NCBI GenBank assembly: GCA_951406725.2
Contig: OX597829.1
Coordinates: 28,210,001 to 28,274,000, forward strand
Reading direction: 5' to 3'
DNA length: 64,000 nucleotides
Source: Octopus vulgaris
Taxonomy: Eukaryota
Shown here in pieces: positions 12,661 through 25,912 of this stretch; the first letter of the stretch is position 1; each line of letters opens with the position of its first letter. Under the pieces are notes generated by a model, which worked only from the letters and a program-made list of their open reading frames with translations, did no database searches and was not told the DNA's origin. The position numbers were made by a program, and so were the translations under genes.

Positions 12661-13577
12661 TTATATGAGCATTAATGCATGTACATATGTATTTAGGCTT
12701 GTGTCAACAATACTTGACAACCAGTGTCCAATAACCTTGTTCAGCAAAAGAGACCAATACAAGTACTAAGCTTAAAAAATAAGCACTAGGATCGATCTGG
12801 TCAACTAAAGCTCTCAAAGTGATGCCCCAGCATGACCACAATTCAGTGAAGTAATCAAGTAAAAGACTAAAGATGAAAGAAATTTTCTATAAGTTCATTT
12901 CCATTCACCTATATTTTATTGCAAATTATTTGGAAAAATAGGTTACTGTCACCCAATTATTGAAATCTCATAGTTTCACCTGCTATTTTGTTTGTTCTAT
13001 GCTGGATTGCATTGAAACTTCTTTGAAGAGTAATTAAACTATTCTCTCAGACCTATAAAATTTTAATTTATGCTTATAATTACATAGGGATTGAATAATT
13101 AAAATTGTGTTACATTTATAATTATTTAAGGGTTGGAATAATTATAATTTTACTTTTATGAATTATTTAGGAATTATAATAATTAAAAGTCGTTTTTTAG
13201 GATTGGTACAGTTGTGAGAGCACTGCAAAAAAAAAAATCTGTGTTAGTTATTTATGATCTTTTATGTTCTGAGTTCAAATCCTACCTATGTCAACTTTAC
13301 AGTTCATCTGTTTTAAGTTCAGTAAAATTTAGTCGAATCCAGGTAAAAAAAAGTCAGCAGGTGTAAAAATCACGGTAATAAAGTCACAGGAAAAAATTTA
13401 CAGGGGTTTTGTTGGGGATGGGTGGGAGGTTGTCCAAGGGGGTTTTGTCTGGGCTGGGGGCTTCGTCTGGATCCCATAAATTGTGACTTTATTACCATTG
13501 TGACTTTTTTTTCCCTGTAACTTTATTACCAGTCACCTATCAGTCAAGTACTGAGATAGATTTAATATTCTTTAGAG

Positions 13578-13911
13578 CAGGTATTCTCAACATTTTTTTT
13601 TTATCTGTGCACCTCTTTGATTACTATTTTATTCTGATGGAACTATTCAATGTTTAAAAATTAGTTTTATAGATTCTTCTTTCGAAATTTCTATTTTGTT
13701 TGCCACTCATTAACTTGTGTAGGTTGAACTATGTAAAATATTAGAGAAAGAAACCTAGATGTGTCTTGCAATACATACATCTAAAGCAAAATTTTTTTTC
13801 AAGGGTCCTTAAAATAATATTGTGGATCCCCAATTTACTATTTTGTTGTGTGGGTTTAAAAAATCTTATATGGACATCAGGGTCCATATTGACTCTAGTT
13901 GAGAACCACTG
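13578..13911. mobile_element. hAT-like MITE
   Basis: TIRs CAGGTATTCTCAAC / GTTGAGAACCACTG; 8-bp TSD CTTTAGAG / CTTTAGAA. Confidence 0.7.
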
Positions 13912-14250
13912 CTTTAGAACATCCTTGATATGAGTTGAATTATATAAACAAAACAAAGACTACCTTGGAATAGACTAAAATATTTTTATATTATCTAATG
14001 TATAATTAAAATAAATATATGTGCAGTTGTGGCTGTGTGGTTGAGATGTTTATTTCCCAACCGTATGGTTTTGGGTTCAAGTTGAAGCATTGAGGTTGAG
14101 ATTATTGACTTATCCCCCTAACTCTGAAATTACTAGCCTTGTGCTAAAAGTTTGAAGCCATTATTATTATTGTGTTGTTGTTTAGAAATTATCATCATCA
14201 TAATTATTATATTTTATTTCTCAAAGCTCTCGATCTTACTTGCTCTGGTT

Positions 14251-14397
14251 AATTCTGTGAGAGCAGACAACAGGGTCTCTTTCCACAAATTATATGACTA
14301 GTTACTTAGTTAAGTATTGTGTTGAGTATCATGGAAGATACTCAACACCCAAGTGCCAATCTCAAAATCCTAGAGCAGTTTTTTGGAGGCATGCTTT
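14251..14397 (-). repeat. Inverted copy of 16882-17031 (3' end of an R4/Dong-like LINE)
   Basis: Near-identical reverse complement of 16882-17031; internal 12-bp hairpin at 14319-14348. Confidence 0.85.
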
Positions 14398-14496
14398 TTT
14401 GGAGGCCTTCAGTTTCCATCTAGAAAATCACTCACAAGGCTTTTTGTTGGTCAAGGGTTATAGTTGATGACACTAGCTGAAGATGCCATGCCTAAT

Positions 14497-14539
<43 letters not shown>

Positions 14540-14744
14540 TTTTCTATTCTAGGCACAAACCTGACATTTTTGGGGAGGGGACCAGTTTCATTACATCAAC
14601 CTCAGTGCATAACTGGTATTTAACTTATTGACCCCGAAACGGTGAAAGGCAAAGTCAACCCCAGCAGCATTTGAACTCAGAACGTGAAGACAGGCAAAAT
14701 ACCGCTAAACATTTTGCCTGACATCCTAACGATTCTGCCAGCTT

Positions 14745-15036
14745 GTAGAAATGATAATAGAAAAAGTAGCAAACTACCAGGACCTAGCCATTGAATTACA
14801 GAGACTATGGAAAATGCAGGTAAAATGTATCCCAGTAGTTATAGATGCATTGAGAACTATCCCTAAGGGTCTGAACAGATGGATTGAAGAAATAGGCATA
14901 CAACTCAGTTTAGTACAGCTCCAGAAAACAGGACAGCTAGGATACTTAGGAGGGTTCTTAGCATCTAAGGTTACTTACTGTAGACTGATGTTAGGAATTT
15001 TTCTTTTCCAAGTCTAATCTGTTGTGTGTATATGAA
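14745..15036 (+). mobile_element. R4/Dong-like LINE relic, C-terminal restriction-like endonuclease end
   Basis: EKVANYQDLAIELQRLWKMQVKCIPVVIDALRTIPKGL...LQKT, followed directly by (AAT)n/(ATT)n. Confidence 0.7.
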
Positions 15037-15053
15037 TAATAATAATAATTATA

Positions 15054-15104
<51 letters not shown>

Positions 15105-15379
15105 ATTATTATTATTATTATTATTATTACTCCAGGACCTTTTGAGTAGGATGGGCTACTCAACCTGATGAAGATTCTAACTGTGCCCCATTTGCAAGGT
15201 CATGCACTGCTTATCTTGATATGAGACATATCTTGTACATATATGGTTGTGATGCATGTTCCTGATGTAGCCTTATCAGATAGGTAGCCATGGTGGGTAT
15301 ACTGGGCTTCATATATTTTACTCCAGTGTCACTTTGATGGCATGCTCTGCTCTCTCACTCAATAATAATAATAATAATA

Positions 15380-15595
15380 ATCCTTTCTGTTATAGGCACA
15401 AGGCCTGAAATTGTGGAGAGAGGGCAAATTGATTACATTGACCCCAGTATGTAACTGGTACTTATCTTATTAACCCTGAGAGGACAAAAGGCAAAGTCAA
15501 CTTCGCAGGAATTTGAACTCAGAACATAAAGACAAATGAACTGATGCTAAGCATTTCGCCTAGCATGCTAACGATTCTGCCACTTCATCACCTTA
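15380..15595 (-). mobile_element. SINE family B, tail variant ending ...GGCCTTGTGCCTAT..AGAAAGG(ATT)n
   Basis: Same head as 31690-31923 but a different tail. Other copies near 14540, 18635, 23883, 24625, 50713, 61075 and 62050. Confidence 0.75.
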
Positions 15596-16020
15596 ATAAT
15601 ATAATAAACATAATGATAATAATAATAATAAAGACCCCCTTTGATCATAAATGATCATGAGATTGCATCTAAAATGTTCGCCTCCAAGGTACAAGTCCGG
15701 GCAAGGTTGTTTATGGAAGACAAGAAGTCACCCTTGCGTACCAGCCTCCCCTCTCCATGCCGCAGATGTTATCCAAGAGAAAGGCAAAGCCAATACAGCT
15801 TGGCACCAGTGATGTTGCAACTCAATTCTACAGATGAGTGAACTGGAGCAATGTGAAATAAAGTGTCTTGCTCGAGAACACAACACACAGCCCAGTCTGG
15901 GAACTGAACTCACAACCCTACCATTGTAAGCCTGTTTCTCTAACCACTGAGCCATGTGTTTTCACTAATAATAATAATCTCTTAATATAATAATGAGCAT
16001 AATGTTTTTATATATTTGTA

Positions 16021-16052
<32 letters not shown>

Positions 16053-16782
16053 CTTTTTTTTTTTTAATTGTTTCAGTCATTTGACTGTGGTCATGCTGGA
16101 ACACTGCCTTTAGTCGAGCAAATCGACCCCAGTATTTAATCTATCAGTTTCTCTTGCCAAACCGCTAAGTTGCGCAGAGTGAATGGTGAAGGGAGAGGAG
16201 AAAAAATAGTAATTCAGTGAAGGAGAAGTAGTGAGAGTAATAGCCATGACTGAGAGGGAGTGAGAGAAAGTAATAACAATGGGAGAGGGGAAGTGGCAAA
16301 GAAAGCATCATGTATCTTCTACTATAATAATCTACTATAATCATACTCTTGTATATTTCTCTGTCACAACATATGAATGAGAAAGGAAGGGGTGATCCAC
16401 CGATGGAAGTGGGATGGTGAAAAGTAAACAAAAGTCAAACAGCACTTCAACTTTGTGTGAGTATATATGTGTGCATGTAAAAGGGAGGAATGTGAATGTG
16501 TTTGTATAAAATGTATTTATATATTTGTTTATTTAGAAAGATACATAGAAAATAGAATTACAGACACATGCGCATTTACACACGCACACACACATATATA
16601 TAAACAGACACACTTAAAAAGGAAACGAACTGTGACAAAGTATAGAAAACATATAAATGCATACATGTGTGCACACACACACACACACACAGTTGAAGTA
16701 CTGTTTGATTTTTTTTTCACCTTTTTGTACCCTTTTTATATCCTACAATTAGCCATCATTTTTGACAGCACAGGGTCATTTA

Positions 16783-16814
<32 letters not shown>

Positions 16815-16816
<2 letters not shown>

Positions 16817-17031
16817 ACACTCAGAGCACTAACTACCAAGTTCAAAAAATATGTTGGAGAAATTGGAATTGACATGAGGGCAAAGCATGCCTCCAAAAAA
16901 CTGCTCTAGGATTTTGAGATTGGCACTTGGGTGTTGAGTATCTTCCATGATACTCAACACAATACTTAACAACTAAGTAACTAGTCTTATAATTTATGGA
17001 AAGAGACCCTGTTGTCTGCTCTCACAGAATT
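16815..17031 (+). mobile_element. R4/Dong-like LINE 3' end relic next to (AAT)n
   Basis: Degenerate ...ALTTKFKKYVGEIGIDMR...QKTAL..ILRLAL; follows the (AAT)n tract at 16784-16814. Confidence 0.55.
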
Positions 17032-18927
17032 GTTCATATGAATGAGTGTGTGTGTGTGTTTGTTAGTGTCTTCTTATCTTAATGTAGCATGATAATTTTA
17101 AGTGAGTGTCACCACCATCATGCAAGCAGTGTCCTTCATTTCTAGTCTTCAGTGAAAACATGTCCAGCCATATTTTCCCACAGCTTGTCTCTTTGACAGA
17201 GCTGCAGTCCTGAGTGAAGCTACAATCAAGACTATGCAATAGGTATCTAAAATGTTACCAAATGCTCAACCAGTCCAGCTATGTGGGGTAAGTGGTTCCA
17301 TATTGGTGATCTATAGTAGTTAGTGGTAATAACAAGTGGCAATAATATTCTTGAGTAAACTCTTGGCATAGATGAAAATTAACTGGCTGGTCTGTTCTTG
17401 AGGACTTTCAGGCCAGGGTCTCATGAATTACTTGCAGAAGTCTCTGGCTTAACAATGATACCAGGAAGCAATGCTAGTTCAAGATAAATTCTTGAGGTGC
17501 CATTAACCAGACTGATGAAACTGTTCTGCATGCACTTGTCCAGTATGCATGCACTGTTAATTTGCCTTTTTGGTTGTGAAGGGCAAGCAGTTTTTTAATC
17601 TGTTTGGTATCTTTGGTGAAAGATGCTTATTTATTGAAAAGTAGACAAGGGTGGCAAACATGGTCTGAGTGAACATGCAGCCTCTGAGAATGCACCTGTC
17701 GATTGGAAAAGGACAACTGGGAGAGGACACTTGACTTTTTGCCTTAGTAGTCAGAATAGCAGTGGTTTTTGCAGGGTTTCTTAAATGTAACCCTCATTAG
17801 CCAACTCACATTTGGTGAAGATTTTGGTTTTTATTTCCATTGTTTACATGTTGTTTTTTATAGTAGCGTAGATTGCCCTTTATTTAATAATGATGGCAAT
17901 TCTTGTCAATTTCGACGTATGAATGTTTGAAGGGGAGGATTTAAAGTTAGAGAGTGTATGTGCAGTTACCTCCCCTGACAGCAAGTTTAAATAAGCTGGC
18001 CAGTAGAGGGTATAAGCAACATTAAGGTTCAGAGACTCATTTCTTCCCCTTTTCTTGCCAAGATGTCAGGCAGTAAAGACATGATCTAGTTTCTCTCTCA
18101 CACCACATGCCAGTGAGCAGATAGGAGGCAATGCACAAGAGAAGACCATAGCTTCCATGCATCAAACCATTTCCATTTATCATTCAGCATGTATACACAT
18201 GTGTAGCCACATTAACGGTATTTAAAGTTACCACCTTGTTCCATGTACTTCTTTATACCGTGTTCCTGTCAAATGATATTACAGCCTTCTGAGTAGAGTC
18301 ACATTAGATGGAATACAACCTATCATTCTATAAGAGTAATAGAGAAAAAGAAAAAAAGAGAAAACTTTTGAAAGAAAAAAAAAACCCGAAGAAGCTACAT
18401 CTATTTGAGATGGATGTGTGAATGTAATTGGAGTCCAAGAATGGATTTTCTTATGAAGTTGCTGTGGGGATATTGATGGTTTTGATTTTGCCTGGGATTG
18501 GACAAATGTGTCTGTTGGTTACAGGATATAGTTCTTTTATTGTTCTTTTACTTCAACTCAAATTGTTTTGATGCATTGTGAGAATAATAATAATGATAAT
18601 AATAATAATAATAATAATAACAATAACAGTAATGGTTTCAAATTTTGGCATGAGGTCTGCAATTTTGGAGGAGAGGCTAAGTCAATTATTTCGATCCCAG
18701 TGTTCAACTGGTACTTGTTTTAACCAAGCAAAGTTAACCTTGGAATTTGAATTTAGAACATAAAGACAGATAAAATACCACAAAACATTTTGCCTGATGT
18801 GCTAACAATTCTGCCAGCTCACCACCTTAATAATAATGATAATAAAAATTATAACAATAACAATTCTTAATTCAGAAATTCAAATTAATCAAGAGATAGA
18901 TTATTTCACATCATTTTTCTACTTCAG

Positions 18928-19096
18928 AGAAGAAGATTTACTCAGAGAGAAACTCATATTGGAAGATGACAAGATATTTCAGGAAATCAAAGAAAATAAG
19001 GATGGTACTTATTACATTGGCGGTGTTGATGTTTCATTCCAAGATGATGGAAAAGCATGTATTGCTTTGGCTGTATTAACATTTCCTGAATTAGAG
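18928..19096 (+). CDS. ENDOV: Endonuclease V, first identified coding exon (probably exon 2)
   Basis: ttcag| ... |gtaatt. Encodes EEDLLREKLILED...YIGGVDVSF...ACIALAVLTFPELE, with the catalytic Asp in GGVDVSF. Confidence 0.92.
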
Positions 19097-19199
19097 GTAA
19101 TTCCAGCCTTGAATTTATCCCCATTTTTGGTGGATAATCTCATCATCATCATTATCATCTCCCTTTCTTTCTCCTCTTCCACTTCATTATCATCATTTT

Positions 19200-19560
19200 A
19201 ACAGTTACTTCACAATCCTTGTACTTTTCCATGAGGGGCATAAGTAGAGATAAATGTAACTGTTAATTTACCTATGATAGTCTCATCTTAATTATCCTAT
19301 CACATACTTTGACTACTTCAATTACCTTATCTACCCACTTTTCTGCTAACAGTATGCTTACTCCACCCACTCCATCATTCCTGCCGACCCAGAAGAATTT
19401 GAATCTCTGTCTCTTACCCATGAGGAATATAGCTGAGGCTCCACTCCATCTTACTCCTTGTACACCACATACATCAACATGACATCACTCTAGCATTTCA
19501 ACAATCTCCCCACTCCTTCCTTTCATTGTGCCAACATTGATGGTAGTGGCCCTGAAATTG
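19200..19560 (-). mobile_element. RTE LINE relic, APE endonuclease region
   Basis: Minus-strand GV.ILLAEKWVDKVIEVVKVCDRIIKMRL. Boundaries approximate. Confidence 0.55.
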
Positions 19561-20070
19561 AGTACTTGAGGGTGGTTGCAGTAAGGTAGTTGTTGGAATT
19601 TTGTCATCACCTGAAACAAAGATCTGAGAAAATGCTTGATAGCTTGCATAGAGCTTTGATACAGAGTTTATTCAGTGAAATACAATGAGCTACAGTCTCC
19701 CCCACCTCGTGCAACATCTAGAGCAAAAGCCAACAAGTGGGTATGAGAATAGGTTGGTTACGTAGGGCAGTTTAAGTATTGTATGTCTAAATATTCAACT
19801 ATATATGACACACATGAGGGCACTTGTATGAGGGTTATAAGGAAAGAGGTATAAGGGTATGCACAAAATATATGTATTCACATACACAGCACATGAAACT
19901 TGAGTTGCCAAGTGAATATGTTAATGTACAAATTAAAATGGTGGGGAAGAATGAGTGGGCGTAACGGGTGTGCAGAATGGACATTGAGCAGCCCTTGTGT
20001 AAGCTCACACCATATAGCTAGTTCAGGCATGGAAGGAGAGCCATAGTATTTAACAGTAATTATGAATATA

Positions 20071-20448
20071 GGCGTAGGAGTGGCTGTGTGGTAAGTAGCT
20101 TCCTTACCAACCACATGGTTCCAGGTTCAGTCCCACTGCTTGGCACCTTGAGCAAGAGTCTTTTACTATAGCCTCAGGCCAACCAAAACCTTGTGAGTGA
20201 ATTTGGTAGATGGAAACTGGAAGAAGCCTGTTGTATATATGTATACATGTGTGTGTGTCTGTGTTTGTCCCCCCAACATCGCTTGACAACTGATGCTGGT
20301 GTGTTTACATCCCCGTAATTTAGCAGTTCAGCAAAAGAGACCAATAGAATAAGTACTAGTCTTACAAAGAATAAGTCCTGGTGTCAATTTGCTCGACTAA
20401 AAGCGGTGCTCGAGCATGGCCACAGTCAAATGACTGAAACAAGTAAAA
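20071..20448 (+). mobile_element. tRNA-headed SINE, family A (full length)
   Basis: Matches 6284-6669 end to end. Confidence 0.85.
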
Positions 20449-20965
20449 TATTAATACTAAATTAACATACATGTATATTTTTAATCGATAAATTCATCTC
20501 ATAAGCATTTTGCAACAGGAATGGGAGTCTGGCTGAAATTGAAATGAATTGAAAATTACATATGGCCTTAGCAACCAGATATTGAAAGAAATGGGGGAAT
20601 CCTAGATTCATTTACTAATTCACATTTGAATAATAATAACGAAAACTTAGTTGTTGATTCAAGAAATTGCAAATGAGCAAGTTGTTGATTCAAGGGCATC
20701 AGCAAGGGGAAGGAATGATATTTGGGAATGTATTTTAAATATACGAAAGACGCTGCTGGTGTAAACTAAGCTTAGACATCATATAGTTAGTTCGGGCACG
20801 GAAGGAAAGCTGTAGTATTTAATAATAATTATCATTCTTATCGTTAAAATATTAATACTAAATTAATATACATGTGCATTTTTAATCTATAAATTTATCT
20901 CATAAGCATTTTGCAACAGGGATGGGAGTCTAGCTGAAATTGAAATGAAATGAAAATAACAATAC

Positions 20966-21009
<44 letters not shown>

Positions 21010-21198
21010 CAGGTTTCTTTCAGCTGCCATCATAAGGCTTTCATCAGCCCTGGAACTACAACAAAAGACATTTCCCTAAGGTGTCACACTGTGAGATTGA
21101 ACCTGAAGCCTTGTGGTTGTGAAGTAAACTTCTTAACTGCACAACCATCCATGCTGCTTTTGTCTATCACTTTTATTTCTCCTTTTATATTCCCTCAG

Positions 21199-21333
21199 GT
21201 TGTCTACACCAAATATAAACACTTTGATAACCTACTGGAATATATCCCAAGTTTCCTTGCCTTCCGTGAAGGTCCTTGTGTTAAGAGTCTTTTCAATGAT
21301 ATGAAAAAAGAAAACCTGCCCTTTTTTCCACAC
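21199..21333 (+). CDS. ENDOV: Endonuclease V exon (wedge motif and catalytic Glu)
   Basis: ctcag|GTT...CAC|gtaagt, 135 nt; VVYTKYKHFDNLLEYIPSFLAFREGPCVKSLFNDMKKENLPFFPH. Confidence 0.95.
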
Positions 21334-22663
21334 GTAAGTTGAAAACACTCAAAAAAAAAACAAAAAAACTTTGATGTTTTTATGTGATATATGTTTATTT
21401 GTTGTTGTTGCTTTTATTGTAATCCAGCTTAGTGTTGCCTGGATAATGGTTTTTGTTGTTGTTATTGTTAAGGCCCTTTTTTGTGTTTCCATCGTTGCAG
21501 TTTTTCATATTATATTAGTCACATGGAGAATAAATGTTGTTTATGTTCTTGTTGAAGTTCTTCTTCTGCTTCTTCTTCTTCTTCTTCTTCTCCTTCTCCT
21601 CCTCCTGCTGCTGCTGCTATTGTGTTTCTTCCATTCTGAGTTCAAATCCTGTCAAGATTATTTTTACTTTTCATTTTGGGTGGGGTGAATGGGGTGGGGG
21701 GTTAATAAAATAAAGTACCAGTTAACTACTAGGAGCAATGTGATTGATTAATGCCCCTACCAGTCATAAAATTACTAGTCTTTTACCTGGTGTAATTAGC
21801 TGAACAGTGGTTCTCAACTGGGATTCATATGACCTCTGGGGATCCATAAAGAACTTTAAGGGGTTCATGTGAGCAAAATAATAGATTGGGGATCTACAGT
21901 AGTATTTTAGGGTACATGGGAAAATTTTTCTTTAGACATATATATATATATATATATATGGCAAGTAACAGCTAGGTTACTTACTCTAATACTTAATACT
22001 CAGCATGTTTGCTGTCAGTGAAACATGTTCTCTCACAGAGTCCTTTGCAGATCTATAAAAATGAATGTGTGAAAGGCAGAATAGGAATTTTGAAAGAATA
22101 TCTATAAAAGTAGTTTTTAAGCATTGAAGGGCTATGAGGGTCCACCAGAATAGAATAGTAATCAAAGGGATCTGTAGCAGCAGTGGTGGCAATGGTAGTG
22201 ATGGTTATGATGGTGGAGTTGTGGTGGAGGTGGAGATGTTGTACCATTGGTGATGGTGGTGGTGGTGGTTGCGGTGATGATGGTAGCAAGTGGTGATTCA
22301 TGATGATTAATGTTGACTGACCAATTGTACAAAGCAATTCATAACTGTCTGTAAACTATGTTCAAACATTAAGCAAAGATAAATGTTTGATTGGTCTTTG
22401 TGCAGACAACTGAAGAAAGAAATGAATAACTAACTCTCTCTTTACCACCACCACCACCACTACCACATGTGTATCTGTCTGTCTGTCTGTCTGTCTCACT
22501 ATCTCTCTCTCTCTCTCTCTCTCGCTCGCTTTCTCTCTGTGCAAATGTGGTTGTAGAATGTCACATTAAGATATTTTCTATGTAAATCCCTGGGTTGTTT
22601 TGTTAAAGTGTTACATAACTGTCGATTTTCGGTGATATATTGAATAGTCAACAGTATGTGCGT

Positions 22664-22702
<39 letters not shown>

Positions 22703-24511
22703 AGAGAGACAGAGGGAGAGAGAAAGAGAAAGACAGAGAGAGATTAGTGTAAGCTTCAGTGTTCTTTTGTATGAGTTTCACATCCACCACAGAAAACTAA
22801 CGTCCAGATGTTGCCTTCTTTCATAAATTTTGTTGGCTTTGCTGCTTTTCTTAAGTCATTAACATTTGTATGCACTTACACACACACACACACTCTCTCT
22901 CTCTCTCTCTCACCAATGCACTGTTGATGCTCCAAGATAAGCTGAATGTCAGAGAAACAATCCAGGAAGTGGATAGTTCTTTTTAAAAGACTCTGTCACA
23001 TCAACATCTATGACATCCTTAATACGGCATTTTCTCTCCTGGTAAATAATGAATGCCACAACATCTCAGTTACAGCCGTGTTGACTAAAGTACATCAATG
23101 GGGAATTCTGGGATTGGTTTATTCTAAGGCTGAACTCAAAATAAATATTTCATAAATTTACTTAAAACAATGTCTTTGAGCACCTGCATAAGTTGTATAA
23201 GCATAGGTGTGGCTGTGAGGTGGGGATGAGGAGGTTGTTTTGCAACTGTATAGCATCAGGCTAGGGCTGAGATTGATGATGATGACAATGGCGGTGGCAG
23301 TGATAGTGGGTATCAGTGTTGCTGCTGTTATTGTTGTTTAGTATCAGACCAATCCTGTTTGAGTAAAACTACAATTAATAGAATCCCTGCATCGAATTTA
23401 CCATTTTTCAAATTTTAGGTGTTGTATATATGAAATTACTTTATATTCAATTTGTCCTCCCTATTTTTTTAAGTTTGCAAGCTGTATTTTAAGAGATATT
23501 TGGTTGTTACTTCTAACAGATTGAATGGCCATGTAGTAGGGCCTCCAAAGTCCAAGAGAAATTTTGCAAGGCAGATTGAGGTTGCTTTGAAACCTCTACC
23601 TTCAAAGTGGATGGTGACCACTTTCACTCATCAGAAATTCTTTTGGTACCTACATCAGAAGTGAGTGGGCCTTCCCTTCAACTCCCATCAGAAATTCACA
23701 GGACCACTTCTTGGATATTCAGCCACCCCCTTAAATATCTGATCCCTGGACTGATATACCACCTGAACCCTTCTCTTGTTAGCCTTGCTACGTACAGACC
23801 CCCATCATGGTATGGAGACAATATAATTGTCTTAAAAAGAGCAAAGCAAAAAATAGTGTTTGACAATATTTTCTTGTCTCATAAGGCAGATAGCTGGCTG
23901 AATCGTTAGCATGCTGAACAAAATGCATACCTGTATTTCACCCATCTTTATGTTCTGAGTTCAAATTTCACCAAGGTTGACTTTACCTTTCATCCTTTCA
24001 AGCTCATTAATCCCTCCCTCAAAAATCCTGGCCTTGTGCCAAAATTTGAAATCAATATTTTCTTGTCTCATTGTCAAATCATATAAATCACAGAGGGAGA
24101 TTTGGCTGCTATTTCTAACAGGTTAGCAACAACCACATAGAAATTTCTTTGTTATCTCGTATGCACACATCTAGAAGTTATTGTTTTTTTCATTTCATAC
24201 AGCACTAATGAAAAATTCACTTGCTATCCTTAAATAACTTTGATCAGGTTATTTGCAGTGCTACCCAAATTTGTGTAACAATGACATCACTGTTGTGTTG
24301 TTCTTTTTTATTGTTCCTTGTCACAAGCACCTCTCACTAGTTGTTACTATTGGTCAACAATGTATGTCAGTGATGTAGTTCTTTCATGTATCCATGATAC
24401 TACAATTTTCTTGACAACTGTGCACCTAATGTGACATACATTGCAACAACAACATCTAACACTAACAGTTTTAGAATTTATCAAAAATTTCATTATATAT
24501 TTCTTCAACAG

Positions 24512-24551
24512 GTTCTTATGATTGATGGAAATGGTATTCTACATCCAAGAG
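24512..24551 (+). CDS. ENDOV: Endonuclease V 40-nt exon (DGNG motif)
   Basis: aacag|GTT...AGAG|gtaaga; VLMIDGNGILHPR. Confidence 0.95.
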
Positions 24552-25074
24552 GTAAGAAGTAATCCCCTCAAAACATCATGTCACCAACCAATTTAAATTA
24601 TTATCAATAATTATTTTCCTTATTAAGGCAGTGAGCTGGCTGAATTGTTAACACACCAGGTGAAATGTTTAGTGGTGTTTCATCTATCTTCACATTCTAA
24701 GTTCAAATTCTGTCGAGGTTGACTTTTACGTTTCGTCTTTCCAGGGTCTATAAAATGAGTACTAAACTTACCCCTTCCCCTGAAATTACTGGCCTTGTGC
24801 CAAAGTTTTAAAATCAATAATTATTTTCCTTACGTGCATTCTTCCTACAAAATCACAAGGATAGATAAGACCAGTGCTTAACACCAAAACAAAGTATAGT
24901 AGTGTTAGGTGCAGTATCAATGATAGGCAAATCTTCCTTTCGATAATGACGGAGTCTATCAAAGGAAAATATTTTTATTGGCGGCATTGAAAGCTATAAT
25001 GCAAGACAATGAATCAGCTGAGAATTTCATAGAAATATCAGTACTTAAGATGATGGATTATACATTACTGGTAT

Positions 25075-25369
25075 GTTTGTTCCTTCCCAAGCCATGCCTG
25101 GCTCATAAGGGTTGGTTTTCTGGTTTCATTGGCATATAGGTCCCCCCTCCCCTGGACAAGACGTTGGTCTGTCATAGGTGAGATGCAAGAAGAAAGAGTG
25201 AGAGAAAGTTGTGTAAAAGAGTCAGCAGATGTTCGCCATTACCTTCTGCCGGTGCCATGTGGAGCTTAAGTATTTCACTCATAAACACACACATCGCCCA
25301 GTCTGAGATTCGAACCTGCGATCCCTCGACCACAAGTCCGTTGCTCTAACCGCTGGACCATGTGCCTCC
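25075..25369 (-). mobile_element. tRNA-headed SINE, family D
   Basis: Minus strand GGAGGCACATGGTCCAGCGGTTAGAGC...GGTTCGAATCTC; head related to 45890-46196. Confidence 0.7.
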
Positions 25370-25912
25370 ACCTATTCCTGCTATACATATTTATAACTAG
25401 ACTGAATTGTTGACAATTGTGTTGTTCATGGACACTGTACAGTGAACTATACCACACTGTGGTACCTACTTACAGCTTGTTAGACTGGACTGCTGACAGG
25501 AGTGTTGGTCATGGACACAGTATAGTGAACTATACCACATTTTGTGATGCCTACTTACAATTAGATAGACTGGACACTTGATGGTTGAGTGTGTGGCTCA
25601 GGAACACATTATGCCACCACTGCCATCACTGCCATCATCATCATTACCATTATCATCATTGCTATTGTTATCAGTTGTAGTAGTAGTTGATCAGTGTTAA
25701 GATTTAGCCATTATTATTTTCTGTGTAGTTGTTCTATCGACCTATACTCTCTAAGATGTCCTTTACACACTCTCTGTTTCTTTCTCTCTCTCTCTCTCTC
25801 TCTCTCCCCCCTTCTGTCTCTCTTTCTCTCGTCTCTCTCTCTTTCCCCCTTCACTCTCTCTCCCTTTTCCACCGTCTCTCTCCCTATTGATAACCATCTT
25901 TCTTCCTTTCAG

